Shown one piece after another: positions 11,501-21,013 of a stretch of 64,000 nucleotides of DNA. The notes under the pieces were generated by a model, which was given only the letters and a program-made list of their open reading frames with translations, did not search any database and was not told the DNA's origin. The stretch spans positions 918 to 64,917 of the forward strand of contig JBIHZX010000003.1 of assembly GCA_044240195.1 (NCBI GenBank), written 5' to 3'. Each line of letters begins with the position of its first letter. The first letter of the stretch is position 1. A program made the position numbers and the translations under genes. The stretch is from Candidatus Nanopelagicales bacterium. Lineage in GTDB: Bacteria > Actinomycetota > Actinomycetes > S36-B12.

Positions 11501-13006
11501 GTCAAATAGCAGGCGAGGGCGGTCTGACAGTGCAGCGATGGGGGTGTCCGTGCCCATGGAACCAATTGCTTCGGTGCCGCTTTTAGCCATCGGTTCAATA
11601 ATGAGCCGCAACTCTTCCTGGGTGTAACCGAAAGTTTGTTGGCGGCGAGCGACGGACTCCCGCGTGTGAACAATATGTTCCCGGTCTGGCAAAGCATCAA
11701 GGTGGATGACCTCACTGGATACCCACTCTTGATATGGATTTTCGGCAGCCAGCGCGTCCTTGATCTCTTCGTCTTCAATTACTCGACCGGCTGCGGTATC
11801 CACCAAAAACATCTTGCCCGGCTGCAACCGGCCCTTACGGATGACGGTACTTGGATCTATGTCGAGAACCCCTGCTTCAGATGCCAAGATGACGAGTCCG
11901 TCGTCACAGACCCAGAATCGTCCAGGCCGCAAACCATTGCGGTCCAGTACCGCCCCAATAACGGTTCCGTCGGTGAAACACACATTCGCCGGTCCATCCC
12001 ACGGCTCCATGATTGTTGCGTGAAACTCATAAAAAGCTCTCCGCGCGGGCGACATATCCAAATTGTTTTCCCACGCCTCAGGGATCATCATGAGAACTGA
12101 GTGCGGTAGGGAACGACCCCCAAGATGCAAGAGTTCAAGTGCTTCATCGAATGAGGCTGAATCACTCCCATCAGGTGAGCAAATAGGGAACAACCGGGTC
12201 AGATCCCCCGACAAAATGTCAGAGGTCAACATTGCCTCACGAGCGGTCATCCAGTTTCGGTTTCCTCGGACCGTGTTGATCTCACCGTTATGTGCAATCA
12301 GTCGATACGGGTGTGCCAGTGGCCACGAGGGAAAAGTATTCGTTGAAAATCGGGAATGGACGAGTGCCAAGGCGCTCTGCATGAGTGGATCTGCCAACTC
12401 TGGGAAAAACGGTGCCAGTTGGCCCGTGGTCAACATTCCCTTATACAAAAGGGTTCGACTTGACAGTGATGAGAAATATACGTTCAGGTCATGTTCGACC
12501 ATTTTGCGAAACCCATAAACCGCACGGTCAAGAGCAATTCCTGAAGACACGTTGTCGGTGATGAAGAGCTGCCAAAAATCTGGCATACATGATTTGGCCA
12601 TCGCCCCAATCATCGTGTCATTTGTTGGCACCTGGCGCCATCCAAGAATGATTAAGCCTTCCGCGAGTGCAAGTTCTGCCATTGCCGCCATGGCAACCGG
12701 GGCTTGCCCTTGATCAAAAAAAGCAGTACCGACTGCGTAATTGCCAGCTGTTGGAAGGTCGAAATCAACATTGTTTCGTAGGAAGAGGTCAGGAACCTGC
12801 ATCAAAATGCCGGCACCGTCACCGCTATCCGGTTCACTACCTGAGGCACCTCGGTGTTCGAGATTCGTCAAAGCTTTAATTGCTTTTTCCACAATTTCGT
12901 TGCTTGGGATCCCGGTTAAGGTAGCGACAAATGCAACACCGCAAGCGTCATGCTCTCGGTCAGGGTTGTACAGACCCTGTTTTTTGGGGTGCAGGCTGAT
13001 CGCCAT
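8504..13006 (-). CDS. gltB: glutamate synthase large subunit
   Basis: ORF 8504..13030. It has an Ntn-amidotransferase N-terminus (DACGVAFVA), FMN and GXGXG domains, and is about 1500 aa. The ATG at 13006 is preceded by GAGGAG 8 nt upstream, so it is preferred over 13030. Confidence 0.95.
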   Translation of the reverse strand: MAISLHPKKQGLYNPDREHDACGVAFVATLTGIPSNEIVEKAIKALTNLEHRGASGSEPDSGDGAGILMQVPDLFLRNNVDFDLPTAGNYAVGTAFFDQGQAPVAMAAMAELALAEGLIILGWRQVPTNDTMIGAMAKSCMPDFWQLFITDNVSSGIALDRAVYGFRKMVEHDLNVYFSSLSSRTLLYKGMLTTGQLAPFFPELADPLMQSALALVHSRFSTNTFPSWPLAHPYRLIAHNGEINTVRGNRNWMTAREAMLTSDILSGDLTRLFPICSPDGSDSASFDEALELLHLGGRSLPHSVLMMIPEAWENNLDMSPARRAFYEFHATIMEPWDGPANVCFTDGTVIGAVLDRNGLRPGRFWVCDDGLVILASEAGVLDIDPSTVIRKGRLQPGKMFLVDTAAGRVIEDEEIKDALAAENPYQEWVSSEVIHLDALPDREHIVHTRESVARRQQTFGYTQEELRLIIEPMAKSGTEAIGSMGTDTPIAALSDRPRLLFDYFSQLFAQVTNPPLDAIREEIVTSLGSLIGPEGNLLEASPAHCRQVVLPFPVIDNDELAKILHINADGTLPEFAAARIKGLYNVYGGGPALEKRISEIFNEVDALIRQGKRFIVLSDRDSNASLAPIPSLLLCAAVHHHLVRTKHRTMISLLIETGDVREVHHVALLIGYGAAAINPYLALESVEDLVRRNVISDISPEKAMRNVIKSLGKGLLKVMSKMGVSTVASYRGAQIFEAIGLSQEFIDAYFTGTVSQLGGIGLDVIAQENAARHADAYPVSGISPTHRTLRDGGEYQWRREGSPHLFDPDTVFRLQHATRSKRFDIFREYTSRVNDQSERLMTLRGLFEFSSPRAAISIDEVESIESIVKRFSTGAMSYGSISAEAHETLAIAMNRLGAKSNTGEGGEDPERYLPMANGDSKRSAIKQVASGRFGVTSEYLVNSDDIQIKMAQGAKPGEGGQLPGNKVYPWIAKTRHSTPGVTLISPPPHHDIYSIEDLAQLIHDLKNANSDARIHVKLVAEVGVGTVAAGVAKAHADVILISGHDGGTGASPLTSLKHAGAPWELGLAETQQTLLLNGLRDRVVVQADGQLKTGRDVIIAALLGAEEFGFATAPLVVMGCIMMRVCHLDTCPVGVATQNPVLREKFSGKPEFVETFFEYIAQEVRELLAELGFTSMDEAIGQVEVLNMNKAITHWKADGLDLEPILHIPDLGKLGHRRNMKNQDHGLEHALDQELIRMSADALATGLPTKIDVPIRNVNRTVGTMLGSEITKRGGLPDGTIDISFTGSAGQSFGAFIPQGLTLRLEGDANDYVGKGLSGGRIVVHPHADAPFESSENTIAGNVIGYGATSGELYLGGRVGERFCVRNSGAVAVTEGIGDHGCEYMTGGRVVVLGSTGRNFGAGMSGGIAYLLDLDPALINHELVELNQLDESDAKELFDLISRHAQETKSKRASELLATWPSSLTRFTKVIPRDYKRVLEIEADAISRGEDPMLAIMSRI

Positions 13007-13104
13007 TGTGAATCTCCTCAAACGTCGCATTCAACACGGATTAGATCTGGTCAATAAAGAAATGACTCAGAAATTTCCGGGACGACGTTGGCCCGAGGGC
13101 TAAA

Positions 13105-13989
13105 CTATACCGCTTTCGGTTCAGATGGCGAACTCGGCTCCGTCGGCTCCGTCGGCTCCGTCGGCTCTGTCGACTCGGTAATGACTTCCCGACCAGGCCG
13201 CAGGCGGGCCGAGATAACCAAGTAGGCCAGTGCCCCTAATCCAACGATGATTGAGGTCCATACGTTAAGGCGCAGTCCTAAGATCACATTGGCGTTGTCA
13301 ACCCGAAGGAGCTCGATCCAGAATCTGCCCAACGTGTACAACAGAATGTAGAGAGCAAAAGCCCGACCGTGTCCGAGGTTGAATCGGCGATCAGCCCAGA
13401 TTACGACGAGCGCAACCCCCACCAGCCACAGGGATTCATAGAGAAATGTTGGGTGAAAAGTTGCGTATTCAGCGTAATCGGCCGGTCGATTCCCGGGTGA
13501 GATCTCCAAAGCCCAGGGCAATGTGGTGGGAGAACCAAAAAGTTCTTGGTTGAAGTAATTACCCAATCGACCAATTGCTTGGGCAAGTGCGATCCCCGGA
13601 GCAATTGCGTCGGCTACTGGTGGCAGGGAAACACCACTACGGCGAGCACCTATCCATGCGCCGACCCCACCCAAAGCGACGGCACCCCAAATTCCCAGCC
13701 CGCCATCCCAGATGCGAAGTGCCGCAATGAAACCTTTGCCATCGTCGCCAAAATAGATTTGCCAGTCACTGAGCACGTGATAGAGGCGTCCACCAACTAT
13801 TCCAAACGGGACCGCCCAAATCGCGATATCCGTTATGACCCCAGGACGCCCGCCGCGGGCTTCATAACGCTTACTGCCCAAAACAACGGCAACAATGATG
13901 CCCAGCACGATAAACAGTGCATAGGCCCTAATGGGAATCGGGCCTAATTCCCACACACTCGTCTCGGGACTGGGTATGAACGTTTTCAC
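13105..13989 (-). CDS. lgt: prolipoprotein diacylglyceryl transferase
   Basis: 294 aa polytopic protein with Lgt motifs (GGLGIWGAV, GRLGNYFNQELFG). GTG start. The C-terminal tail contains a (TEP)x4 repeat. Confidence 0.92.
   Translation of the reverse strand: MKTFIPSPETSVWELGPIPIRAYALFIVLGIIVAVVLGSKRYEARGGRPGVITDIAIWAVPFGIVGGRLYHVLSDWQIYFGDDGKGFIAALRIWDGGLGIWGAVALGGVGAWIGARRSGVSLPPVADAIAPGIALAQAIGRLGNYFNQELFGSPTTLPWALEISPGNRPADYAEYATFHPTFLYESLWLVGVALVVIWADRRFNLGHGRAFALYILLYTLGRFWIELLRVDNANVILGLRLNVWTSIIVGLGALAYLVISARLRPGREVITESTEPTEPTEPTEPSSPSEPKAV
13135..13170. repeat. 9-bp tandem repeat (cggctccgt x4, last unit with 1 substitution) encoding TEPTEPTEPTEP in the Lgt C-terminal tail
   Basis: Read directly from the DNA. 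A fifth degenerate unit extends to 13179. Confidence 0.9.
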
Positions 13990-14005
13990 GTGAGCGGGTC
14001 AACTA

Positions 14006-14803
14006 CTACTTGGAAGCTACAAGTTCGGCTAAAGCAACAGGATCGGCCAAGACTGCATTTTCAACCGGTTCCCCATTGAGAAAACCTGCGGGCGTTCCAC
14101 CAATTTGCCCAGCTGAAAATTCTTGATTGGTGTTCGCGGCCCAGGCGAGATAGGTGCCATCGGTGACACATTGGGAGAAAGTCGTGAATTCAGGGTCGGT
14201 GATACCCGATTCTGAGCCGAAAAGGAGGAGTTGCTCCTCGGTGAACCCCATGCCTTCTTCGATCGGCTGGTTCGCATACACGATGTCGTGGTACTCCTTG
14301 ACTTTGCCAGCATCAATAGCGCAGCCCCATGCCGCGATCGCGCGGTGTGATGAATCATTTCCCAAATTCCCATCGAGGAAAGCGGTTGGACGGTAGACGA
14401 GTTGGACTTTGCCTTCCTCGGCAAGTTGCGTAATCCCAGCACCATTGGCAAGTTCTAATGCGCCACAAGCTGGGCATTGAAAGTCCTCCCACAACTCAAG
14501 CACGGGAACATCGGCGCTGCCGGTTCCGTAAGGGACGCCAAATGGAGTCGATGAATCTGATGCAAGTACACCGGTGGGTAACGCCGCTGAAGGGTCGGGC
14601 TCGACTATCCCACCGGTTAAGCCACCGGCGTCAGTAGAAGGGGCGGTGCTGCTGGCGTAGACCGCAATTCCAATGATGGCAACCATGACGGCTACCACTG
14701 TTGCCCCACCAACGATGCGAACTATGCGTTCGCGACGCTTCTCAGAAGCTTGCGCCTCTCCCCGTGCCTGCGCAGCTCTTTCGCGACGACCCTTTTCACC
14801 CAT
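14006..14803 (-). CDS. membrane-anchored DsbA-family thiol:disulfide oxidoreductase
   Basis: 265 aa with an N-terminal TM anchor and a thioredoxin-fold CPAC active site (WEDFQCPACG). It sits between trpA and lgt, as in other actinobacteria. An AGGAG RBS lies upstream. Confidence 0.85.
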   Translation of the reverse strand: MGEKGRRERAAQARGEAQASEKRRERIVRIVGGATVVAVMVAIIGIAVYASSTAPSTDAGGLTGGIVEPDPSAALPTGVLASDSSTPFGVPYGTGSADVPVLELWEDFQCPACGALELANGAGITQLAEEGKVQLVYRPTAFLDGNLGNDSSHRAIAAWGCAIDAGKVKEYHDIVYANQPIEEGMGFTEEQLLLFGSESGITDPEFTTFSQCVTDGTYLAWAANTNQEFSAGQIGGTPAGFLNGEPVENAVLADPVALAELVASK

Positions 14804-14890
14804 TGCATCTGCTCCTAATTCACTTACTTGTTTCTTATCCGTGGCGCATTAAGCCCTGACACATCGAATCCTAAGAGTAAGCGAGGGGCG

Positions 14891-15691
14891 CTAACCACCG
14901 TGACGTACCCCTTGGGCAAGTTCCCGCGCAAGTTCGCGCACCGCTTTAACCCCTCCAACGTTGGCCGCTTTCACAAATGCCGATCCGACAATTACTCCGT
15001 CGGCATACTTGGCGATTTCCGCTGCCTGAACGCCATTTGAGACGCCCAAACCCACGGCAATAGGCAAATCTGTACATTGGCGAACACGAGCCACAAGCTC
15101 GGGAGCCATATTGCTCACCTGGTCACGAGCACCGGTAACCCCCATCGTGGAAGCCGCATACACAAATCCACGTGTGTCATGACAAATCTTGGAAATTCTC
15201 TCATTGGTGGACGAAGGTGCCACGAGAAATATCGGGTCAACGTCATGTAGTGCTGCGGCAGCAATCCACGGCTGACCTTCTTCAATTGTGAGATCTGGGG
15301 TGATTACCCCGACTCCGCCCGCCTCCTGCAGTTCTCGAGCAAAATTTTCGACACCGAACTGCTCAATCGGATTCCAGTAACTCATAACGACCGGAACGAC
15401 TCCACAATCAGCAACGGCCCGAACGACCGTTAGCACCGATTGGGGGGTCGCTCCATTAGTCAGGGCTTGATCAACGGCTTGTTGGATGACGGGGCCATCC
15501 ATGAGCGGATCCGAATAGGGAAGACCTACCTCGATGAGGTCAACTCCCCCTTCACACATGGCTTGCACAAGTTCAATTGATTCGTCCAGGGTGGGGAAAC
15601 CAGCCGGGAGGTACCCGATGAGCAGGGCCCGACCTTCACTTTTCGCATGAGCAAACGCCGCACTGATGCTTCCCGTTTTCGTGGGATTCAC
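14891..15691 (-). CDS. trpA: tryptophan synthase alpha chain
   Basis: 266 aa with LIGYLPAGFP and EVGLPYSDPLMDGPVIQ motifs. GTG start 3 nt after the trpB stop. Confidence 0.95.
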   Translation of the reverse strand: MNPTKTGSISAAFAHAKSEGRALLIGYLPAGFPTLDESIELVQAMCEGGVDLIEVGLPYSDPLMDGPVIQQAVDQALTNGATPQSVLTVVRAVADCGVVPVVMSYWNPIEQFGVENFARELQEAGGVGVITPDLTIEEGQPWIAAAALHDVDPIFLVAPSSTNERISKICHDTRGFVYAASTMGVTGARDQVSNMAPELVARVRQCTDLPIAVGLGVSNGVQAAEIAKYADGVIVGSAFVKAANVGGVKAVRELARELAQGVRHGG

Positions 15692-15694
15692 AAA

Positions 15695-16948
15695 TCAGCG
15701 CCCTTCAGCCAGTTCGATACTGATCCCGGCCTCAGAATGTTCGAGTTCGATTCCAAACCAACGCGCAGCCGTTGCCACGTCTTTGTCTCCCCGCCCACTG
15801 AGATTAAGAATAATGACGGAATCCGGGCCAAGCTCTTTACCTAAACGGATAACACCCGCTAACCCGTGGGCTGTTTCAATTGCAGGGATGATCCCCTCGG
15901 TGCGTGAACACAGAGCGAATGCCTCCATGGCCTCAGAGTCATTGACCGGTTCATAGATGGCTCGCCCAGTGTCATGCAACCAGGCATGTTCAGGACCTAC
16001 GCCTGGGTAGTCAAGTCCGGCACTGATGGAGTGGGAGGGAATTGTCTGTCCCCATTTGTCCTGCATCACGTATGTGCGGGCCCCGTGAAGAACCCCCGGT
16101 GAGCCGGCCGAGAATCTGGCGGCATGGCGACCGGTTTCTACACCGTCACCACCGGCTTCATAGCCCCGTAACTGCACACTGAGATCATCAATGAAACCGC
16201 TGAATAGGCCCATGGCGTTGGATCCGCCGCCCACGCATGCCGCGACCGCGTCTGGCAACCGACCCTCGACCGCCAAAATTTGTTCCCGTGACTCGCGCCC
16301 AATTACCGAATGGAAATGGCGCACCATGTCAGGAAAAGGCGATGGTCCAGTAACTGTGCCCAACACGTAGTGGGTTGAGTCAACTGAGGCAACCCAATCG
16401 CGCATTGCTTCGTTGATTGCATCCTTGAGGGTCCTGCTGCCATTAGTCACCGAAATAACTTCAGCGCCGAGGAGTTTCATTCGAGCGACATTGAGCGCTT
16501 GACGGCGGGTGTCTTCCTCACCCATGTAAACGGCACATTCAAGCCCTAGCAGTGCGGCGGCTGTTGCCGTCGCCACCCCATGTTGACCTGCACCCGTTTC
16601 GGCGATGACCCGCGTTTTTCCCATTCGCTGGGCAAGAAGCACCTGACCCAACGCGTTATTGATTTTGTGTGACCCGGTGTGATTAAGATCTTCGCGCTTG
16701 AAATAAACATGTGCGCCATTGCAATATTCACCGAATCTCCACGCCCGCGTGAGTGGAGAAGGCCGGCCGGTGTAATCCCGCTCCAAATCTGAGAGTTGGA
16801 TGGCAAATGCTGGGTCAACGATCGCCGCGTGAAAAGCTGCATCGAGTTGATCAAGTGCACTCGTGAGAGCCTCGGGAACGAACCTTCCTCCGTAGGGACC
16901 AAAATGCCCAGCAATGACAACTTCGCGATCAACTTCTGACGTGGTCAT
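15695..16948 (-). CDS. trpB: tryptophan synthase beta chain
   Basis: ORF 15695..16969. PLP-lysine motif [11 protein letters not shown]. The ATG at 16948 forms an ATGA overlap with the trpC stop, so it is the preferred start. Confidence 0.95.
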   Translation of the reverse strand: MTTSEVDREVVIAGHFGPYGGRFVPEALTSALDQLDAAFHAAIVDPAFAIQLSDLERDYTGRPSPLTRAWRFGEYCNGAHVYFKREDLNHTGSHKINNALGQVLLAQRMGKTRVIAETGAGQHGVATATAAALLGLECAVYMGEEDTRRQALNVARMKLLGAEVISVTNGSRTLKDAINEAMRDWVASVDSTHYVLGTVTGPSPFPDMVRHFHSVIGRESREQILAVEGRLPDAVAACVGGGSNAMGLFSGFIDDLSVQLRGYEAGGDGVETGRHAARFSAGSPGVLHGARTYVMQDKWGQTIPSHSISAGLDYPGVGPEHAWLHDTGRAIYEPVNDSEAMEAFALCSRTEGIIPAIETAHGLAGVIRLGKELGPDSVIILNLSGRGDKDVATAARWFGIELEHSEAGISIELAEGR

Positions 16949-17757
16949 GCCCGGCCTCGAGATCGGCATGAAGGGTGCGCACCCGCAGTGACCAGTTCTT
17001 GAACGGCTTCCCTTGGATTTCCACCAATGACCAGAGACTCCCCGACAAGTACCGCGTCGGCTCCCGCATCCGCGTAATTCATAAGGTCATGATGGTCTCG
17101 AACCCCGGACTCTGCAATTCGAATACATGAGGTGGGGATTCGCTCAACTACTCGGCTAAACGTTGAACGATCCACTTCGAGTGTCTTCAGGTTTCGCGCA
17201 TTTACCCCGATGACCGTGGCACCTGCGTCCAAGGCCCGATCAATTTCCTCTTCATCATGTACTTCGACGAGGGCGGTGAGCCCCAAACTTTGTGTTCGCT
17301 CAATGAGAGAAAGCAACACTTTTTGTTCCAGGGCGGCAACGATCAAAAGCACCATGTCTGCTCCGTAAGCCTTGGCCTCCCATAACTGGTAACTGCCAAT
17401 GACAAAGTCTTTTCGCAGAACAGGAATATCAACTGCGGCTCGAACCTCGGTTAAGTCAGCCAAACTCCCACCAAAACGGCGTTCTTCGGTCAGAACACTT
17501 ATGCAATGAGCTCCGCCCGCTTCATACTCCGCAGCGAGTAGCCCGGGGTTGGGGATTTGCGCAAGAACACCCTTGCTGGGGCTGGCCCTTTTGACTTCTG
17601 CGATCACGCATACATCGGGGCCACTGAGTATCGCTTTGACATCTTGAGCTTCCCGGACCCGGAGCGAGCGTTCCTTCAATTGTTCAAGAGAAGTCTGTTG
17701 CATCCGAACAGCAAGATCCTCGCGAACCCCGCCGATTATGTCGTCTAAGACCGTCAC
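16945..17757 (-). CDS. trpC: indole-3-glycerol-phosphate synthase
   Basis: ORF 16945..17841. [12 protein letters not shown] motif. The GTG at 17757 gives (M)[13 protein letters not shown], which matches the usual TrpC N-terminus. The longer start would overlap the upstream gene by 47 nt. Confidence 0.9.
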   Translation of the reverse strand: MTVLDDIIGGVREDLAVRMQQTSLEQLKERSLRVREAQDVKAILSGPDVCVIAEVKRASPSKGVLAQIPNPGLLAAEYEAGGAHCISVLTEERRFGGSLADLTEVRAAVDIPVLRKDFVIGSYQLWEAKAYGADMVLLIVAALEQKVLLSLIERTQSLGLTALVEVHDEEEIDRALDAGATVIGVNARNLKTLEVDRSTFSRVVERIPTSCIRIAESGVRDHHDLMNYADAGADAVLVGESLVIGGNPREAVQELVTAGAHPSCRSRGRA

Positions 17758-17794
17758 GCCCTTAGAGTAGCCGTATCGAATAAATGGGTTTTGT

Positions 17795-18211
17795 TTAGGC
17801 GCCCGATCCCCATTCCAGCCCCGGAATCGCATTTCGCACAATGGTGAAACCGATCAAAATGAAAACCCCAGCAACCACAATTACTCGCGAATATCGATGC
17901 AATATGACAAAGAGATCACGTTGCTCCCACACTCTCCACACTCTCAATACCCACAAGCACCACAGCGACACCAACAACGGATACACACCCAACAACAATG
18001 CATTGTGACTGATAGCCGATGCAAAATCACCATGTAAGAGCGAATAGGTTCCGCGCAAGCCCCCGCATCCTGGGCAGTCAATGCCGAAGAATATTCGACT
18101 TGGGCAACCAAGAAATACGGCACTTGTAGCCGGGTTGATAAAAAACAACACACCTAAACTCGCAACAAAACCCAACCCAATGGCTACAGGAAGTTTGACC
18201 TGTGAAATCAC
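17795..18211 (-). CDS. DUF2752-type small membrane protein
   Basis: 138 aa, about 4 TM segments, with the [19 protein letters not shown] cysteine motif typical of DUF2752. The GTG start forms a GTGA overlap with the histidine kinase stop. Confidence 0.75.
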   Translation of the reverse strand: MISQVKLPVAIGLGFVASLGVLFFINPATSAVFLGCPSRIFFGIDCPGCGGLRGTYSLLHGDFASAISHNALLLGVYPLLVSLWCLWVLRVWRVWEQRDLFVILHRYSRVIVVAGVFILIGFTIVRNAIPGLEWGSGA

Positions 18212-19575
18212 TGCACACCCCGTTCGGGAATTTCAACGGTGAATCGTGCTCCTCCTTCGGGCGCCAATCCCACGCTCGCGCTTCCCCCCATGCTGGTTGC
18301 TAGCCGACCCACGAGCGCCAAACCAATTCCGGTTCCCACCGGCCGCACTCCCCGATAGCGCTCATAAAGTGCCCCAGGCTCAAAGGCCACCAACTGGTCG
18401 TCTGCGCTGAGGCCGGGACCCGAATCCCGCACCTCGATGACCAAGGAGTTTGCTAACTGCTCTATTCGAATCGCCAAGGTGCTGTGGCTGGGGCTCAATC
18501 GGAGGGCATTTTCTGCCAAATTGTCGACAATCTGCCGGAGCCTGATGGGATCCCCGACAAATTCACCCGTGACCTGAATTTCGCATTCAAGATTTACCTG
18601 TTGCTCCTGGCAGCGATAGCCCCAAACTTGCCTCACTTCATTGGCAAATTCTGGTAGCTCGATCCTCACCTCTGAAATAGCAAAATCAACTGCCCCTAGT
18701 CTGGCCAAGTCCAAGAGATCACTGACCAGCCGATTAAGGCGCGCGGATTCAGATGAAATTAGACGCGCTGCTTCTATTGCCTCGTCTCCGGAGAGAATGC
18801 CGTCTGAGATAGCTTCGCTATATCCCTTCACTGCAGTCAGCGGGGTTCGAAATTCATGGGAAACCGATAAAAGAAATTCACGCTGACGAGCCTCGGAGGC
18901 AGAAAGTGCAGAGTCAAGGGCGTTCAGTGAAGTTGAGATTTCGTCAACCTCCTTCGGCCCCGTGGATACCAATTCAACGCCCCGAGATCCACTCGCCATT
19001 GACATCGCTGCCGTACTTGCTCGGCGAAGCGGTCTGGCTAAGCGTTGCGCGGCAAAAAAACCTAAAGTGATTGCGATGGCTAATCCAAGGACTAACGCAA
19101 CGGCGAGGCGCCAAATAATCGCTCCGGCGCTGGCTCCAGCAATTGAGATGGGCTGAATCAAGACAACCGAACCATCGACACTCAGCGGCCGGCCCTCAAG
19201 TAAGTACTCGCCATCCGCTGATGACACTCTGCCCGAGATGTCTTGGCCAGTATTAAGTTGATCAACATAGATTTGTGGAAAATTAAATGGCAGGTCGTTG
19301 AGATTCGGTGATCCAAAAGGAATCAAATAGGCCGAGATTGATTCCCTCTGCAAAGTCTTGATCAATCCTTGCCCTACACCCGAACCAGCACTTTGCTGAT
19401 CAATAGCGTTAGCTGTGACATTAGCCAACTGTGAAAGATTTCTCGCGCCCACGTCCTGCGAACTTGACATAACAAGTGGGTAGGACACGAGTCCTGCAAC
19501 GACAATTGCAAATGCGGCGACGGCACTCGTGAGGATAACCAGAAGTGTGACGATGCTCCAACTACGAAATTTCAT
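18208..19575 (-). CDS. sensor histidine kinase (two TM segments, extracytoplasmic loop, HAMP, HisKA, HATPase_c)
   Basis: 455 aa. H-box SVSHEFRTPLTAV, G-boxes DSGPGL and GTGIGLALV. ATGA overlap with the response-regulator stop. Confidence 0.9.
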   Translation of the reverse strand: MKFRSWSIVTLLVILTSAVAAFAIVVAGLVSYPLVMSSSQDVGARNLSQLANVTANAIDQQSAGSGVGQGLIKTLQRESISAYLIPFGSPNLNDLPFNFPQIYVDQLNTGQDISGRVSSADGEYLLEGRPLSVDGSVVLIQPISIAGASAGAIIWRLAVALVLGLAIAITLGFFAAQRLARPLRRASTAAMSMASGSRGVELVSTGPKEVDEISTSLNALDSALSASEARQREFLLSVSHEFRTPLTAVKGYSEAISDGILSGDEAIEAARLISSESARLNRLVSDLLDLARLGAVDFAISEVRIELPEFANEVRQVWGYRCQEQQVNLECEIQVTGEFVGDPIRLRQIVDNLAENALRLSPSHSTLAIRIEQLANSLVIEVRDSGPGLSADDQLVAFEPGALYERYRGVRPVGTGIGLALVGRLATSMGGSASVGLAPEGGARFTVEIPERGVQ

Positions 19576-20252
19576 GTGACCACTTCAGGTGATGGTGATT
19601 CCCACGCGTACCCGACTCCGCGAACGGTGCGGATGGGTGCATCAGCTCCCAGTTTTGTCCGGATTTGGGCAACGTGCACATCAACTGTTCGAGTTCCTAG
19701 GCCTTCGGTGTAACCCCAAACATTCTCGAGCAACTCAGAACGCTCGATCACGTGTCCGGAGCGAGCCATGAGGTAAGCCACTAAGTCAAACTCGGTCGCC
19801 GTCAGGACCACCGGTTTCCCATTGTGTGATGCGCGCCTCGTTTTGAGGTTTAATTGCACCCCTTCTTCATCAAGGATTTCATTGACCTGTTGGGCCGACC
19901 GGCGAACAATCGCTTTGACTCGTGCAACCAGTTCCCGGGGGCTAAATGGCTTGGTCACGTAGTCGTCGGCACCCAGTTCAAGACCCAGCACCCGATCAAC
20001 TTCGTCATCTCTCGCAGTACAAAAAACAATGGGAGTCCAATTATTGGCAGCTCGAAGCTGGCGGCAAATTTGCGTTCCATCTAATTTAGGTAGTCCAACA
20101 TCAAGAATTATCAGATCAAAATATTCACTTTGCGCGGCGGCCAAACCTGATTCACCGTCGAAGCACGACTGCACCTCGAAACCTTCACGCGTTAAATAAA
20201 CGCTGATGAGATCTGAAATGGACCGTTCATCTTCGACCACGAGAACTTTCAT
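19572..20252 (-). CDS. OmpR/PhoB-family response regulator
   Basis: 226 aa. Receiver domain (DLIILDVGLP, KPF) plus a winged-helix C-terminus (TVRGVGY). Confidence 0.92.
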   Translation of the reverse strand: MKVLVVEDERSISDLISVYLTREGFEVQSCFDGESGLAAAQSEYFDLIILDVGLPKLDGTQICRQLRAANNWTPIVFCTARDDEVDRVLGLELGADDYVTKPFSPRELVARVKAIVRRSAQQVNEILDEEGVQLNLKTRRASHNGKPVVLTATEFDLVAYLMARSGHVIERSELLENVWGYTEGLGTRTVDVHVAQIRTKLGADAPIRTVRGVGYAWESPSPEVVT

Positions 20253-20277
20253 GTGGTCACCATGTGTTCAGTTGAAT

Positions 20278-20487
20278 TTAGGCGCTTACGGTTTTCTTGC
20301 CCAGCCCCATCATGGCCATGACCTTGCCCACAACACCTCCGAGGAATACCATCGCGACCCCAACCCAAAAAAGGGGCCAATTCCCTAAAACCAGTGCCAA
20401 GGTTGCCACGACGAATGCCAAGACAACGATGACAACCGTGGTCCAAGCAGCCGGGGTCGAGCCATGGTCCTCATGTTGTTCAGTCAT
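20278..20487 (-). CDS. HGxxPAAW-family small membrane protein
   Basis: 69 aa. N-terminal HGSTPAAW motif followed by two TM helices. This family is typically found near actinobacterial trp genes. Confidence 0.7.
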   Translation of the reverse strand: MTEQHEDHGSTPAAWTTVVIVVLAFVVATLALVLGNWPLFWVGVAMVFLGGVVGKVMAMMGLGKKTVSA

Positions 20488-20495
20488 GGCTGTAT

Positions 20496-20996
20496 TTAAG
20501 CATGTGATCGTGGCTGATCGGGATCTGACTCGATGGTTGGGTCAACACCTGCATCAAGTAACGCCCAGGCGTCTTGTTCCGGAGGTGCCGAGCGCGAATA
20601 TCTTCCACTCAAAGTCGGCCAATTCTTAGAAGTGAAAACAATGAGAAGATTTGTAATCACCAATCCTGTGCTGAGCAGTAGTGCAAAAACCCAAAGCGCA
20701 TTGAGTCCGTCTTTGTCGAGAATGATTAAGGAATAAACGCCTGCCGCGGCAACGACCGCACCCATAATTCCCAACATTCTTCGACCCCATGTTCGGGTTG
20801 CCAAAACGCCAATCACCACCGCTAAGGAAACTGCCCAGACAGCAAAAATAAGTGAGTCAAGATCTGATCCCTTAAGGTCCTGTGAAACCAAGTCGCTTTG
20901 GATCGTTCCCCAGATAAGCCCCCCAACCCACAACAGAGCCCCGGCCAACACTGATTGCAGAGCTATTGTGAGCAAATATTTCCGACCTGGCGACAT
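20496..20996 (-). CDS. Trp-operon-associated conserved membrane protein (Trp_oprn_chp-like, Rv1610 position)
   Basis: 166 aa, about 4 TM segments, with a C-terminal WALLDAGVDPT motif. It lies immediately downstream of trpE, as in mycobacteria and streptomycetes. Confidence 0.7.
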   Translation of the reverse strand: MSPGRKYLLTIALQSVLAGALLWVGGLIWGTIQSDLVSQDLKGSDLDSLIFAVWAVSLAVVIGVLATRTWGRRMLGIMGAVVAAAGVYSLIILDKDGLNALWVFALLLSTGLVITNLLIVFTSKNWPTLSGRYSRSAPPEQDAWALLDAGVDPTIESDPDQPRSHA

Positions 20997-21013
20997 TTCA
21001 CCGACACTTTCGA

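Noticed and set aside
13085-13104. GCCCGAGGGC just after the lgt stop, considered as an intrinsic terminator for the his-trp-lgt string.
   Set aside because: The stem is only 3-4 bp with a minimal loop and no U-run, which is too weak to call.
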